Made by a program: the position numbers and the translations under genes. The notes under the pieces were generated by a model. The model ran no database searches. It was not told the origin of the DNA and saw nothing but the letters and a program-made list of their open reading frames with translations. A stretch of 64,000 bases of DNA. Source: Octopus bimaculoides. Lineage: Eukaryota. Of the stretch, positions 39,951 to 54,664 are shown in pieces. The DNA lies in NCBI RefSeq assembly GCF_001194135.2, contig NC_068986.1, positions 35,962,202 through 36,026,201 of the forward strand. Direction: 5' to 3'. Each line of letters starts with the position of its first letter. Position 1 is the first letter of the stretch.

Positions 39951-41159
39951 TTCGTCAATTTTATTAACTATAACTGAGTTACAGTTAATATCCAACTTGA
40001 CTCACATCACTTCCTCACAGGGATACAAAAATAAAGCAAAGCCGAACATGGATCACCCCTAATAAGGCATTTTATTGAGTTGTCATGACAGCATCGGGGA
40101 AAATTAAGACTGATTCAAAATGTGCATGTTTCCTCTCATCCACACCTATTAAAATACAGTCATAAGAAATATCCCTATATAAAATCGATTCACAAATTTC
40201 AAAAATATGTTTCTTATCATCGTAAACGAAAGCAAGCGATTTAACACTGAAAAAGTAAATATAACGCAGTAAATATGGAGAAAAGTATGATTATATAAAT
40301 GCGAAAAACATACTGCAATAAATAAATAAACATTAGAAAAAACAGTTTGGGTTAGATGTGTGATTGTACGATCTTAAATACATCGTTGAAGTAATAAAGT
40401 AGAATTTTCGAGTTGAACACGATTAGAAATATTTTCTCCACTGGAAGCACCACCGAACGCAAATACAATTTTATTGGGAGAGCATCGTTGAGAAACCAAA
40501 GTATAGAGCACAACTTAAATAGATGAGAATGGAAAGGAGAAAGAAAAGAGATTAAGAAAATCACCAATATTTTTTAGTAGTAAGACCTGATAATTTTCAA
40601 ACAATAGAGATTGTTAGCTCCTGAAATCCATATAGTCTTCAAATTCTTGCACGGAGCTTAACCACTATCTATTTATTTACAGCTGCCCTATAAAACCCAT
40701 GATCCAATGAATTACAAGAGGGAACAGTATCAACTCGAGAAATATTTCTAGAAGACCAAATAATAATACTTCCCAGATCCCAAATGTCTCTCAACAATGT
40801 ACATAAAGCATTTATGTATACACTGAACAATAGACTGATTACATATTATTGCAGAATTATTTTGGTAGAATACTTGAGAGAGTGTTATAAATGTATATAA
40901 AGAACAACTGGGAATTATATCACTGAAAGTCTTTTGACAGCAACTATGGATCTTCTATACGAAAATAACATATGCTGCCAAAATGGAAAACATTAAGAGC
41001 ACAAAAATGATTGAGAAAATTAAAGAATAAATATTGCTTGAAGAACAAAGATTTTCAGCCAAAATTTCGTGTTACCTTACACTAACAAGTCTCTTAAAGC
41101 AAAACAACATTCATTACCAATAATTTGAAGGTCATAAACCACTCCTTTTTATGGATCAT

Positions 41160-41198
<39 letters not shown>

Positions 41199-41932
41199 AG
41201 ACGCAATATCCATCGGAGAATCTATTCAGAATTCTACATGAACACATCATTGATATCAAAATACGCATGGTTTGAGGAAAGTGTCCTAAATCAATAATAG
41301 TTATATTAAATACAGCATAAGAAATAATCGATTACGTCATTTGCAGCTACCTAGTTCTTGCAAAGACTCAACATTTCCTGAGGCATAAACACGAGTTAGT
41401 AGCAATATCCATTGAACAATATTTAGGCACTCCCACATCAAAACGTGAAAGTAAATAACATAAATACTTACCAAATCTTATATATAAGAACACCTTGGTT
41501 ATTATAGCTGATGTCTTTGAAGATGAAGACGATGATTAAAGGGAACTCTTAGATGTAATAATCAAAGGAAATATATTTACTGTTCGATAGAAATCTTGAT
41601 GTATTCCGACCACATTATCACTCATTAACACAAAGAAAATCTGCTAATGTGTAAGGAAATAGGGAAAACGTGGGAAGGAGAATAAAAGTAAGGCAAATAA
41701 AGAAGACTCACGGTGTGTGATAAAAGAAAATAACTGGAATGAAAATATCTGCATTTGTAGGGCACCTAAGTTTATATATATATATATATATATATATGAG
41801 ATGTTTTGGTATCCAGAAGACCCAAAAAGCAGGTAAGGCTATGTAAGCGCTACGGAGGGACCGCTGTTAAGCTCCCTGTTCAATAATAGCATGAGTGAGG
41901 ATTCTAGGGCAGGACATGTGTGAGGGTGTATA

Positions 41933-42172
41933 TTTTAAATAAAATAAGATAACGGGGCCAAGGCAATTTGATATTCCTAGCATATTTATAAGTAGAGAGG
42001 TGGTCTTACAGCTGTTTCAGGGAAATAAATGATATCACATCATCAGAGACGTGTTAAAAGAGCTTCAAGCTCTTTTAACTGGGATATCATTTATTTCCTG
42101 AAACAGCTGTAAGTCTACCTTTCTAATTTCTAGGAATATAAAATTGCCTTGGCCTTGTTATTTTATTTAAAT
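41933..42172. mobile_element. Inverted duplication (palindrome) of a Penelope-type pseudo-LTR with a hammerhead motif in the left arm
   Basis: The arms are reverse complements (tttaaataaaataa..ggccaaggcaatt..tattcctag..tcttacagctgtttcagg(g)aaataaatgatatc). The centre gttaaaagagctt-c-aagctcttttaac is a perfect 13-bp inverted repeat. Inverted pLTR structures are typical of PLE insertions. Confidence 0.75.
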
Positions 42173-45100
42173 CACACACACACACACATACACTCACGCA
42201 CATACACACACTCACATGCACACGTTTAAAATGTAGCCCAAATGAAAGCAGTTCCCATTTGAAATACACCTTCAGTTATCTGGCATTAGATATAACCTAT
42301 ACCTATTCATCAGAATAAACCTCCACTAATGTAAAACTCTCTCCCATCTAAAAAAAATGGACTTAATGATTTATGAACACTAAACATTTCTACATATCAA
42401 TATAAATTCTTTCGGAACATTTTGCAGTACGCCGCGTGGTGTAGTGAAAGCTCCGAATGAGGCTACTGACAAGAAATAAGAATAACCGTTTTAAATTTGG
42501 AAACATGACCACATTTATTCGAGATTATTGTAGTTTATTATGAATTGCAGCCCTTGAATAACTCTCTGTTTTGCACATTCGACATAAATTGAAGTATATA
42601 ATGCATATATTCTGTCTGGAGAATTTGAACTCAAAACCGCATAACTCATTGAAGTTTAGTTTTCTTACGCTAGTAATCCTATGGAAAACATCAAAATTAC
42701 TTCTTGTACAATTACCGCCCACTAAATGAATTTACGCATTGCATAAATAAATAAATAAATAAATAAATAAAGAATTTTCTTTGAAGAATATCGGCAGCAA
42801 AAATACATATTTCACATTGAAATTTAAATGTGATTATGTTTATATAATTTTAAATTAAATGTCATAAAAAATAAATCTTTTATACGAAGACAAATTACAA
42901 CATTCCTTGTCGTTTAATTTCACGCTACAAAGATATTAATACACATTTAAAATAGCCCTTTCTTGAGTAAAGTAACTATGGAAATCCAAGATCTGTTTAA
43001 TGCTACGTATTAGAAAATAAAATTAAATAATAGTTTATGAATCTGATTATACTTTTGGTGAATCAGTTGTAATGAATAGAGAGACAATACAATGTACATG
43101 AAAGCTAACATTTTGAATAGATTGAAAATTTAATTTAAGAATTATGACTAATTCTACAGATGCAAGAGAATTGGATTAGTTAATTACCACATAATAATAT
43201 AATGATTACTTATAACGCGCAGCAAAAAGTAAATAAGAATATACACAACTGATGAACATATGAATGAAACTAATTAACATTGTCTTTATAAATAATAGAT
43301 ACCATAAATTTTGAAATAACTGCTTTCTGATTCACCGCACACAGCTTAACCGTATTTAGTAAATGAAGCAACACGAAGTTGGAAATTTTGACATAGCAGT
43401 ATAAGGCAAAGGAAATTATATTATTTGTAGATAAGTATTCGCGGACTATGAGTTTATCGAGAATATTCCTTTCGTTTAGCTTGCACGATTTGAGATTGGT
43501 TTTAATTTTTCACATTTAATATACCCAATGCATATAAATATATAGTTAAGCTAGAAGAAATGTGGAGCTATGAATTAATACAAATCTTAATCATAAGAGA
43601 GAAGGCAGTAACCATTATTTTTTGCATGATAACTGGAAGAGAAGTAGTTACGCTTAGATAGAAAACCTGACAAGATTGCAATCAGCGGACTATAATTCTA
43701 TAAGGACCTTATAGTGCAGGTGGTGATGTTAAAAGCAACTTGTTTCTGTACTCCTCAATTGCATTTTAGAGCGCTAGTCATAAGGTTATTGTGTTCAGAG
43801 TTTTCGTAAGTACTCATTTCTTAAATAAATGTTACACCAGCGAAACCAAGAATAAAAAAACTGTTTGCGGAATCAGGTTGCTGTTACCTTACTTCCATAC
43901 ATTTAAGTTTTATTAAGTAAATCTTCTCTAATGTATATATTTTTGAATTAATTAAAAATGTATTAGTAAACATATTAAAAGATGAATAATCTCGATAATG
44001 CAATAATTTGATACATTTGGTACATTGTTTCCAAGAATACTGTTTCAAGGAATACATCGTCCTAAATTTCTATTTATTTTAGACGGTAAACTGTAGCCCA
44101 ATGTTGTTCATAATGCTTGCAAATTAGCCAACCACAATAATGATCATTCATTATCACAGACCTTTTCTGTTAATGAAAGGTAAATTGGAATTAGATTATT
44201 CCTACTTTTCCAGAAGACATTAGAATTGTAAATTAACTGAAATAGTTTCATTAGAGAATTCCAGTCCCTCTTTGGTCTTCGTTTTCGAGGAAATTATGCA
44301 ATAATTTTGTTGCTATTGAATTTTAAATTTCTAGTCAGTTAGCCATATATCACTTATCTTTGTCGATTATCTTCAGAAAGTTATCTACTGTATATATACA
44401 TATCACCAGAATCTAGTTTATGTATATATATATATATATATATATATAGCACACCGAGTATATTTGTCTTTCTGCAATCTTTAGTATAAAAGTTAACAAG
44501 ATCATCAAAATTACAAACGAACGCAAGTCTGCATCTACTTATCATGTTTCATTGTTTTCTAGAAAACGTTTCTATCCATATAATTTTCAAATTGAGTAAG
44601 GAGATAGTGCAACGCGGATGGACCAGAATCATTGAACTGTATACTGAATCATATCTGCGACCGTCAAATGGAACAACTTAATTCGCTACCTATCTACTAG
44701 ATATAACAGCCAAGTCACTGAACGTCACATTGTATCACCTAAATATAAATGATTGGTGCATTGGCCAGTGTAGTCCTAGATACACAAAAAGACTAACGAG
44801 TGCTTTCGTATGATGAAGTGCAACGCCCTTCACCGTAAGCCCGATCAAACTAAGTATATGGGAAAAATATCAATTATCTTCCATCTAATCACCAGGATAT
44901 TACTGGAAAAAATTTGTCAACGGTAAAGGATAATACACAAAAGTTGCCTCAGCACTATTTGGACTCAGAGGAGGGAATGACGAAGCAAAATATTTCGACG
45001 CATTTGGTTTCCAGTTTAGTCAACTTATTAATATTATTCTCTTATCGATACTAATTTAAGTAATACATTCTATGCTAAATGCATATATTGCATTTTAAAT

Positions 45101-48100
45101 CAACCAACAGTTATACCATAAATCTTCCAATGTTTTCTAGAATATGTTTTTTCAATAAAATTATTCCCAGAGAATAACAGGAACAAATCAGAAAGTAAAA
45201 CGAATAATCGGAGTAGTAAACGGTGTTAGAACTAACATACAAAGCTGTCGCACAAACCTGAAAATATGACACGTTTTCCCAAATTAAGGTGAGATAAGTA
45301 ATCTACAAAGATCAAGACAAAAGAGTTAAGGAGAAAAGAAACAGACAAAACATATGTGAAATTAGGGAGTTGATAAGACATCGACGAATCGACGAATATA
45401 ATAGAGTAATTATGTAAGGAATAGATAATTTATTCAAATGATAAAGGAAGTTTGTAGTAATTACTGACTGGCGGGCGTGTACTTTGTTTATAATCACACA
45501 AACGGTAAATATCGTGTTAATTACTAAATAACACAATTGGAATGTTATGAATATAGTAAGGTGTAGTTAAATAAAGCAAATATAAAGTCAACAATACTGA
45601 AAGTAGATTGTAATGTATTCATGATCGTCACAAGGAATTATTAATATATTCCAATATTGTACATGCACTAACTGATTGTTAAGTTATGATCGGTTAGCAT
45701 GTCTACGATTCCAGGTTTAAGAAAGCAACGTTACTTCGGTAGGCTTTTCATATTACAACCAGCTAAGAAAGTGATAATATTCTGCGCTCTATATAGTGAT
45801 ATCATAGTACAAAGTATTAATATTGTTTGCACATAAACGTTTTAGCACATTTTAAACACATACTTACAACATGAAATTAAAGAGGTTTTAGTTTTTATAA
45901 TCTATATCAGCTTATGAAAGTAATCAGAACTAAAATTTTCTCTTTACATGTGATAATAGTTTCCCAATGTATCTTCCTCTAGTTACACGCATAATTATAC
46001 GTTTTGAGTAGGAAATGTAAAGCTGCAGTCATGTACGTTCTTATAATTAATACTTAACTAATACTATATCAACTAATTAAGTCTAACTGTTATGGCGTGT
46101 TTTGCATATATTATAGGTGGCGGCACGTATCGACATAATGCACTTCAGGTGTCGCTACGTTATGAATTAAAAAAAACAAATAATGTATTATCACGAGGTC
46201 TTGCATCTCTCTGTATTCACAGATATATCTCAGTGCTTCGAATTTAATAAAGTGAAACAAGTAGTTGACCGGTTTAGTTTCCCATTGCCGTCACCGAGTC
46301 TTTAGAAATTGAACCATACAGTATTATTTTTAAATAAACTAAATTTTGCATTTTGAAATCTATATGTATATTTGTCATAAACATTGTACCGAATTAAAGA
46401 AATAACGAAATAACGATGATTCATTTCTAGAAATAATCTATTTTTAGTTTTAGCTATACTACTTCAGAGGTTATTAAGGTGAAGTGCAATGTTCATTTAT
46501 AGGAAATGAATTAGTATTGTGTTTTGGGAATAATAACTTCATCGACTATAGGTCTCAATTAGTTTATTATATGTAGTTTATTATATGTGTGTACGTTACA
46601 CTAAGGCAATTAACACAATGGGTTTCGTACAAAAAATACCGGTTACCTGTATTATCTCCAATGTTTGCTACATTGCTGATATCCATTGCTACTGACATGC
46701 ACAAACACACGTGCACGTATTTGATGCGCTTCCATACAATTTCCATCTACTCAATTGCTCTCAAAAGCTCGTTGGTGGTGACGAGGGACAAACTGACACC
46801 ATAGAATAAATTTAACCAACAGGTGGCAGCTGTGGGATTGAGACTAGAAACACGTGTTTGCAAACTAAACTATTGAGCCATAAAGATATTCTCGAACCAA
46901 TTTAATAAAGGTCTTAGTTTCCAAATTCTAATATTTCTAGGGTTGAAATTTCTCACATCACCATACTGGTGGTGTCGATCTAAGTTACCATCGGTAAGAC
47001 CTATGTTACTAAACGATTATACCTGAAACTCTGAGTTACTAATCGTTATTCTAAATATTGAATAACTGCTTGAATCTAAATTTTATATCTTCGTTTATTT
47101 TGGAAAAAGACCAGAATCAGACGACTATGATTCAGTATAGTCCTACTTAATTTTTCTGTAGGTTTTCTGAAATCATATTAATCTGTCATATTTACAGAAA
47201 TATGTCTCGCTCAACTCCTATGAACTATGAATAATTCTGAATAGAAATCGTAGCATTGCATAGTCACTAAGAAAGATTGTGGTCATTTACACAGGGGAAT
47301 TTTATGATTCAGAAAACACGAACATTTCCCTTTGCAGACTCAATTTTATCTACATTATTTTATGTATATTATTCTGATTCTTTTTAGCGACAGTATCCAT
47401 TAGCAAACTTGTTTAATCACATTTTATTTATTTTTTATTATGGAATAGTAGATTCTTATATTTATGATCGAATAAGTTAAAAAAATATATAAAAATAACT
47501 ATGTATTCTAACATACAGAAACACCAAGAGAATAACTTTTCTGCTATAATGCATTTCAACTGTACCTAGAGTTACTTGTTTCCTCTATTATATCGTTGTC
47601 ACCTTTATGAAGCAAGTTGATCATATATCTACAGTGAACCTACGCTTGTATTTAGTGATAACAATAAAACATTCTGAAGCGTTCTATATCAGCTGCATAG
47701 TTCTTGTTTGTATTTTGTGAATTGAATACATAGTAAAAAAATCAAACAAAAACAAATATACATGTGATATCATCCAACATGAAGCTGTCCACTGTATTTT
47801 TACTCAAACCCGCAGGAATTAAATAAAGGATTTCACTACAAGGCACTCATTAAATAATTATGCCAACCCTTGAGATACATACTTGCATTTGTTGAGTATA
47901 ATCATTAAAAGAAATATCTAGTGCATGTTTATATTATCATATATTATTTTTATGGTTACAAATATTATTCGTTGGTGTGGAGATGTGAAGGAGATGAAAG
48001 AATATAAGAACCCCCTTGTCTTATAATACATGATTCTCTTTTCTAATAAAATGGTTATTTCATTCGTTATCATCATACTTTCGCTCACGTGGTATACTTT

Positions 48101-49658
48101 CTTCTTTTTTCTTCCAAAGTTGTTTTCAGGCAAATAAGATCCAGGGAAATTTTTTATAAACTAAAAGACTGCGTCGCGGAACAGCTAATGTTTTGACATA
48201 AAGACTGGTAAATTTAATTTTCATTTATTTGCTCGCTAAGCTGTCAAAATTTTCATCGCTATGTAAAGTTGACACTGATCTAGCTGCATGGGTGCGACGA
48301 AAATGTTGATACCGCAGGAAAAATTTATAAGTATACAATTTACCAGGTTTGATGCATTTAAAACACTAAATCAGTTCTAAAAAGCAAAATAATTGTTTTT
48401 GATTAAGGCATAAAGCCAGCGATATTGGGTGGGGGGTAGAATATTAGTAGAATACTTCAATCAAGTCCTTGGCTATAACTTTTATCATACCGGAAAAGGA
48501 AAGGCAAATTTGACAGGAGTGGAATTAGAGCTGCAGCAAAGCGTTTTTCCTGCGCTCTACAGATTCTTCTATTTCGCTGCATTACACTGAGCTAGTAATG
48601 CAATTAAGAGATATATTCGTTGTTCTATAACTCATTATGACGTTTGATTAATTCTGAGCATTTTCATTTCACGTAGTGATACAATGAAAAATGAATCCCA
48701 AGAGTAAATTCCAAATCAGCAATGAATATAGACTAAAAAAGCTTAGCCATTGTGGGACACCATCTAATAAATAATTGGTTGCTCGAAGCCTTGACAACAA
48801 CATTCTTCTGCTACTAGAGCAGAACATTTGATAACATACGGCATAAAAAAAAAACATACAGTAGTAGAAAGTTCATTGTTACTATGTAGCTTAATCATAT
48901 TATTCTGTTCATAAACGGGAGAAAGGTGTAATTATGATAGCAAATATAAAATAAAGAACTGTATATTACAAAAAAGATTCTAATTTGCTCTTCGTCTAGC
49001 ACCGGTGTATAATTTTGCTTATTTACGAACGCATATGTGGCGATGTGGCTGGGGATTTCGCTTCAAAATAATGACTTCCTAGTTTTCATTACCCTTCACG
49101 GAAACTAAAGTAGCGTACATGTATTTCACCATATCATCAGGTTCTCTAATACCTTACGAAATTGGCAGACGATAATTGAGCGAGGTTTCTCGTGTGTATC
49201 GATGCACACATACACCCACTCACACACCTACATATAGATGTAAGTATGTATGTGGAGTGCGTATGTATTTCTAATTTGTGAGTGACTTCACATCATGAAT
49301 CTATGTGGGTAAGAGTTGTCAGGTGTAAACATCAGCAAAATACATCGTGTTATAGATGCACACACGTCACTTTCGCCGCTAGAAATGCGACTGACCGACA
49401 TTTAGTTTCTCCTGGCTTTAAACTTTCGATTACTGCCAACGCAAATGGAGCAGAGATAAGAACTAAGAAGGAAACTGGTGCAATTTAATCAAATGTTTTC
49501 TCCATAAATATGAGGCACTGTCCCTATGTTCATTGCCGATGTTATTGCTACTTACTGACAATTAAAACCACGAAGACAAGGCCATGTAATAATATGATCA
49601 AGAAAACCGGACTCATAGAAATACCTGCACATTCTCTCTGAAATCACACCTTACCACC

Positions 49659-49661
<3 letters not shown>

Positions 49662-49690
<29 letters not shown>

Positions 49691-49770
49691 CATACATACA
49701 AACAGACATACGTACATACATACATACGTACATACATACATACATACATACGTACATACATACATACATA
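49662..49770. repeat. (TACA)n tetranucleotide microsatellite
   Basis: Direct reading. Confidence 0.95.
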
Positions 49771-51223
49771 TCAGTAATGATGTATAATTTAGTCTGAAAT
49801 AAAATGGCCAGAAAAGACAAGTTTTTCATGATTATATTTTTTTCATGTCTATATTTGTTCAGTCAGGGACGACCATAGGCTAGCAACCGGTACCTCGTGA
49901 TACATCTTGAAAAGTGAATATTTCAAGTAGAATGTAACGTCACTGGTTTGTGATTAATTTAACAGTCTAAATTTTTTCAGTTTAAAGTTTAACAGTCTAA
50001 ATTTTTTTCTTTAATTTATATCATATGCCAAAATTCAGTATTAGCGTATAATCACTTTACAATCACTCTTATAGCATCTCCTATTGACGCTTTTCTCTCA
50101 TAGATATTGGTCTTCAGAACTTAGCAGACTAAGATCAATAATACTTCTTAGTGCGCCATAAACTTAATCCCAAACACACTTGCTCAAACAGATGCAGACA
50201 CATGCGCACAACCATACATGTGTGTGCAAGGCCGCAAATTAGCTAGGTCATTACAAAGCTCGCAACATTTGTTTCGTGTCTGTGTTCAGAGTTCATATAA
50301 CGAGCGGTAAAATTTATTTCTAGCCCTGACACCTACCAAATAAACCTATTAATTTATCATGCCGTTTATAAATTCTGGTACAGCTTTTCTGGTACAATTA
50401 TATATTGGTAAAATAAATTCTGGTACAAGTTGACAGGTTAAAGAAGTGCGTAAATTAGGAGACGATAGGGATTTACAAGCTGAGCCCGTTGAAAAAAAAA
50501 AAAGAAAAACAGAAAATATCAAGATTATGCACTGGAAATATGTTAAAATTTGCAGATTGATAACATTTAAAATTTTATTAATTGTGCACAGGAGATGATT
50601 CAGCGTTCTTGTCAGTGAATTTAAATAGAGAATAGGGGTCATGGTGCACTGAAAGATAGAGTGGTTACCTCAACCATCCGAATTTATAAGTCTTTGTGTA
50701 AGAGTGAAAATAAGAGACTTATTCATTTTCATTCAAATAATAAAAACGAACTCTTTGCTTTCTTTCCTGCCTTTCTTTCTTTCTTAAACTATTTCACCTT
50801 GTAGTACAAATATAGATATTTTATCTAGAGACATAAAAGAACTTCAACTATGACGCGTCCAGACTACGGCTGAAATTTGCATCTGTTTCTTTTATAATGG
50901 CGCTGCTTGATAATATATTTGCGATTAGTTCTGCTATTCATAGATGTGTATTAAATATATGGGTCACTGTTTTACTTGCCAGGATCTTAAAAATAGAAAC
51001 AATCTCGACTCAAGCAAAACTGAACAGGAAATATAAAAGAAAATTGTTTCATAATCAAAGCAATATCAGGAAACTGAAGAATATTTGGAAATAAATTTAA
51101 TAATGTTGCATTTTTCCACATGTTTAACAAACTGATTAATAAGAAACGCCATTACAGTTTCTAAGTTGCTTTCAATTGTATCAAATATTTAAATATATCA
51201 TTCATATCATATATACCATTCAT

Positions 51224-51261
<38 letters not shown>

Positions 51262-51867
51262 CAAATAATATGAAAAATGTGAAATTAAATAAATAACAGT
51301 TTATCTGGATCTAAAACTTCTCAAAAAATGAATAGTATTTGAAAAATATTTCCTAATTTTTATTGATTTAATTATTTTACGAATTTAATATCAATACAGT
51401 CTAATCTACCATTCAATTTTATATCGCCATATACAATTTTTGTGTACTAAATATGACTTAAAAAAAAAACAACTTCTGAACTGAGTATTTTCATATAATA
51501 TCGATAGAAATTGTAAGAGCGACAGCGAAAGAAACGAACGTTGAATACAGATGAAAGCCGAAAACAATAATTAAAAAACTCTCTTTCGAGAGTTATTTAT
51601 GACATATGATCAATACAATGATTTCATTTTCAAAGAAAGATGTTAAAAGAAGTATTTAATTTTAGTTACAAAATATATAAGAACAAAACAAATCTGGTTT
51701 CATAAACAATATGACAAAAATAAATAAGGAAGTTTAGATTCTAGACCATTCTTAGATAAGGAAATCCATATTATTACTAGAATTCGTTTTACAAATGGAT
51801 TTCAACCTAACAAAATTTGTTACGGCAAAATCATTGTTGCTCATTGTTGATTAAACCGCATGTCATA

Positions 51868-51883
51868 TATACATGCATACATG

Positions 51884-51915
<32 letters not shown>

Positions 51916-51935
51916 CCTATGTATATACATATTTA

Positions 51936-52031
<96 letters not shown>

Positions 52032-52038
52032 TGTGTGT
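51868..52038. repeat. (CATA)n-(TA)n-(GT)n compound microsatellite
   Basis: Direct reading. Confidence 0.95.
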
Positions 52039-52940
52039 GTTAAATGCAGACCTAACAAGTTATTTATATGCAGTAGAAATTTAATTACACCAACCGTTCC
52101 GATTTTCACTGAATTACATGTTTTAAATTCATTTTAAATTACTTAAAAAGAATATATTAAAAAAATTGAAATTGAAAAATTTGCGGGAGATTCTTTAATG
52201 AATAGAAAACCAAATTGTGTATTAATCAGTGTTAAAGTACCTTATAATAGAATACATAGTTCTCTACAATATGGTTTATGTAGATGATTGGTACAAAAAC
52301 ACAGACATAGTTGTATAAAATTCAATAGATTTTCCCGCATAAATAAGCATATTTTCCAGTATTCAACTAGATTTATTTATTGTATTTTCCTTTCCATACA
52401 GAAGAAATAAAAAAAATGAGTGAATAAATAAATAAGTTAATAAAATGAAAAATATTCATACTGATTCTTAACCAAAGGAGGAACTTCTCAGTGAGAAGGA
52501 ATATTTACATTGGTTTTCTCCGTATAGTACTGACATTATTCACTACTTTTTGAGTAAAAGGTTCAAGATCAAATCGACTGGTCTATAACTTGAACTTGGA
52601 AGACAATACTTCAAGATATTTAGTCGTGTAGCCTAAATCTCTGGCAACTGATCTGCTTAGTTTTCATATATTGAAAATAGAATTTGCTTCAGCCTAAGGC
52701 CTTTCATATGGGGGAACCTTATTGTACAACAGAATTGTGTACAATATGGTGTACAATTTTCATATATTTTAGGAAAAGAATGAATCTTCACATCTGGAAA
52801 GCTTTCCATGGTATAACACGGTCTGTTTGATTAGGATTGACATGAGTGAAAAAATAACAACGCGTCTTTTAAGTCACAAAGATGTTCTCTCAAAAGGAAA
52901 TCCATTTCTTCGTATTTTTAAAAATTCAGAAACTTAAAGG

Positions 52941-52990
52941 AGGAGGCAAGCTGGCAGAAACGTTAGCACGCCGGACAAAATACTTAGCGA
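52941..52990 (+). mobile_element. 5' head fragment of family-D SINE
   Basis: gaggaggcaagctggcagaaacgttagcacgccggacaaaatacttagcg is a tRNA-like head homologous to the 36004-36160 copy. Confidence 0.5.
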
Positions 52991-54559
52991 GAAACTTGGT
53001 TTAAAATGTATACAATGATAAATCGTAGTAAATTTCTGGATTTCTTTGGGTTTTGATGTTAGTAAAGGTCCTATAGTATTCTCACGTTTTATAAGACCCA
53101 ACCTAAAATTGTTGGTGCTATCAGCAAATCTTATGGTTTATATCATGCTATTTTACTTACAATTTTATTATGATTCGTAATAGCGCGCCGGTATGTTCAA
53201 CTATCCATCTCACCACATTATAATTGGATGTAGTCTGCAATTTAACATACCCGTATATATGCTTAGGAAGATTGCTTTTAATCATAATATAATAAAGGCC
53301 CTATATTGCCATATACTTCATCACACAGGGCCAACATAAATCACAAGTTAACGAGAATTCAGTTGAGTGAACAATTGAATGACCATCGTCCGAATCGACG
53401 GAGGTTCCATCATCACGTAAACACGCACACGCACACACATACAGAGGCATATATGTGTTTGAGTGTGAACGTGTGTTTACCTCTCCATATTAAACATAAA
53501 AGAAAGCAAAACAATTTTCTGTAAATATGTATGTGTGCCTTTGTGTATCTCAGTGTGTGTATGTCTATGTGTAAGAGTATCTGCGTAAACGAATTTGTCT
53601 GAGTTGCATATTTTCATCCTGCAATGAAACCTGACTGTAATAAGACTAAAAGAAACATCACAACAAATGTATTCAATTGCACTCAGTATGTTGCAATTAT
53701 CAAAATATACACCGACGTCACGCTTCAGGGAGTTTGATTATCGGAAATTATGTGCTATATCTACTAATCGATACTTAGATAAGGAAGAATATGTTATTTT
53801 ACATTTTTTTAAATATATANNNNNNNNNNNNNNNNNNNNNNNNNNNNNNNNNNNNNNNNNNNNNNNNNNNNNNNNNNNNNNNNNNNNNNNNNNNNNNNNN
53901 NNNNNNNNNNNNNNNNNNNNNNNNNNNNNNNNNNNNNNNNNNNNNNNNNNNNNNNNNNNNNNNNNNNNNNNNNNNNNNNNNNNNNNNNNNNNNNNNNNNN
54001 NNNNNNNNNNNNNNNNNNNNNNNNNNNNNNNNNNNNNNNNNNNNNNNNNNNNNNNNNNNNNNNNNNNNNNNNNNNNNNNNNNNNNNNNNNNNNNNNNNNN
54101 NNNNNNNNNNNNNNNNNNNNNNNNNNNNNNNNNNNNNNNNNNNNNNNNNNNNNNNNNNNNNNNNNNNNNNNNNNNNNNNNNNNNNNNNNNNNNNNNNNNN
54201 NNNNNNNNNNNNNNNNNNNNNNNNNNNNNNNNNNNNNNNNNNNNNNNNNNNNNNNNNNNNNNNNNNNNNNNNNNNNNNNNNNNNNNNNNNNNNNNNNNNN
54301 NNNNNNTATATATATATATATATCCCATTCTATTTACAGTTATAAATAAACATATATAATACATGTCTATATTATACATTTTATATACTGCCCATTTATG
54401 GATGATTACAATCTCAGTAAACTTGTGCTTTTGAACTCAATATTTAGTTAATAGTTACCAGGAATGTGTGTTATATGTAAATTTGTCTATTCATTACTGT
54501 TACACCGTTAATCTTAGTGGATATTTAAGAATGCGCCTGTGGATAAGTGATGGATTCTC

Positions 54560-54664
54560 CCGCCGGAGCCTCGTGGAGCTTTTTGGATGGTTTCGCCCAA
54601 TAAACACTCACAACGCCCGGTCTGGGAATCGAAACCGCAATCCACTGGGCCATTGCGCCTGCAC
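54560..54664 (-). mobile_element. Truncated copy of the 28015-28238 SINE with a ~26-nt internal deletion in the tRNA head
   Basis: gccggagcctcgtggag..aataaacac..caacgcccgg..aatcgaaaccgc..ccactgggccattgcgcct is shared with 28108-28238. Confidence 0.85.

Noticed and set aside
48089-48160. 72-nt phase 0-0 candidate upstream exon (FIKNFPGSYLPENNFGRKKKKVYH|gtgagc)
   Set aside because: Mediocre acceptor and no recognisable family similarity. It cannot be supported without RNA-seq.
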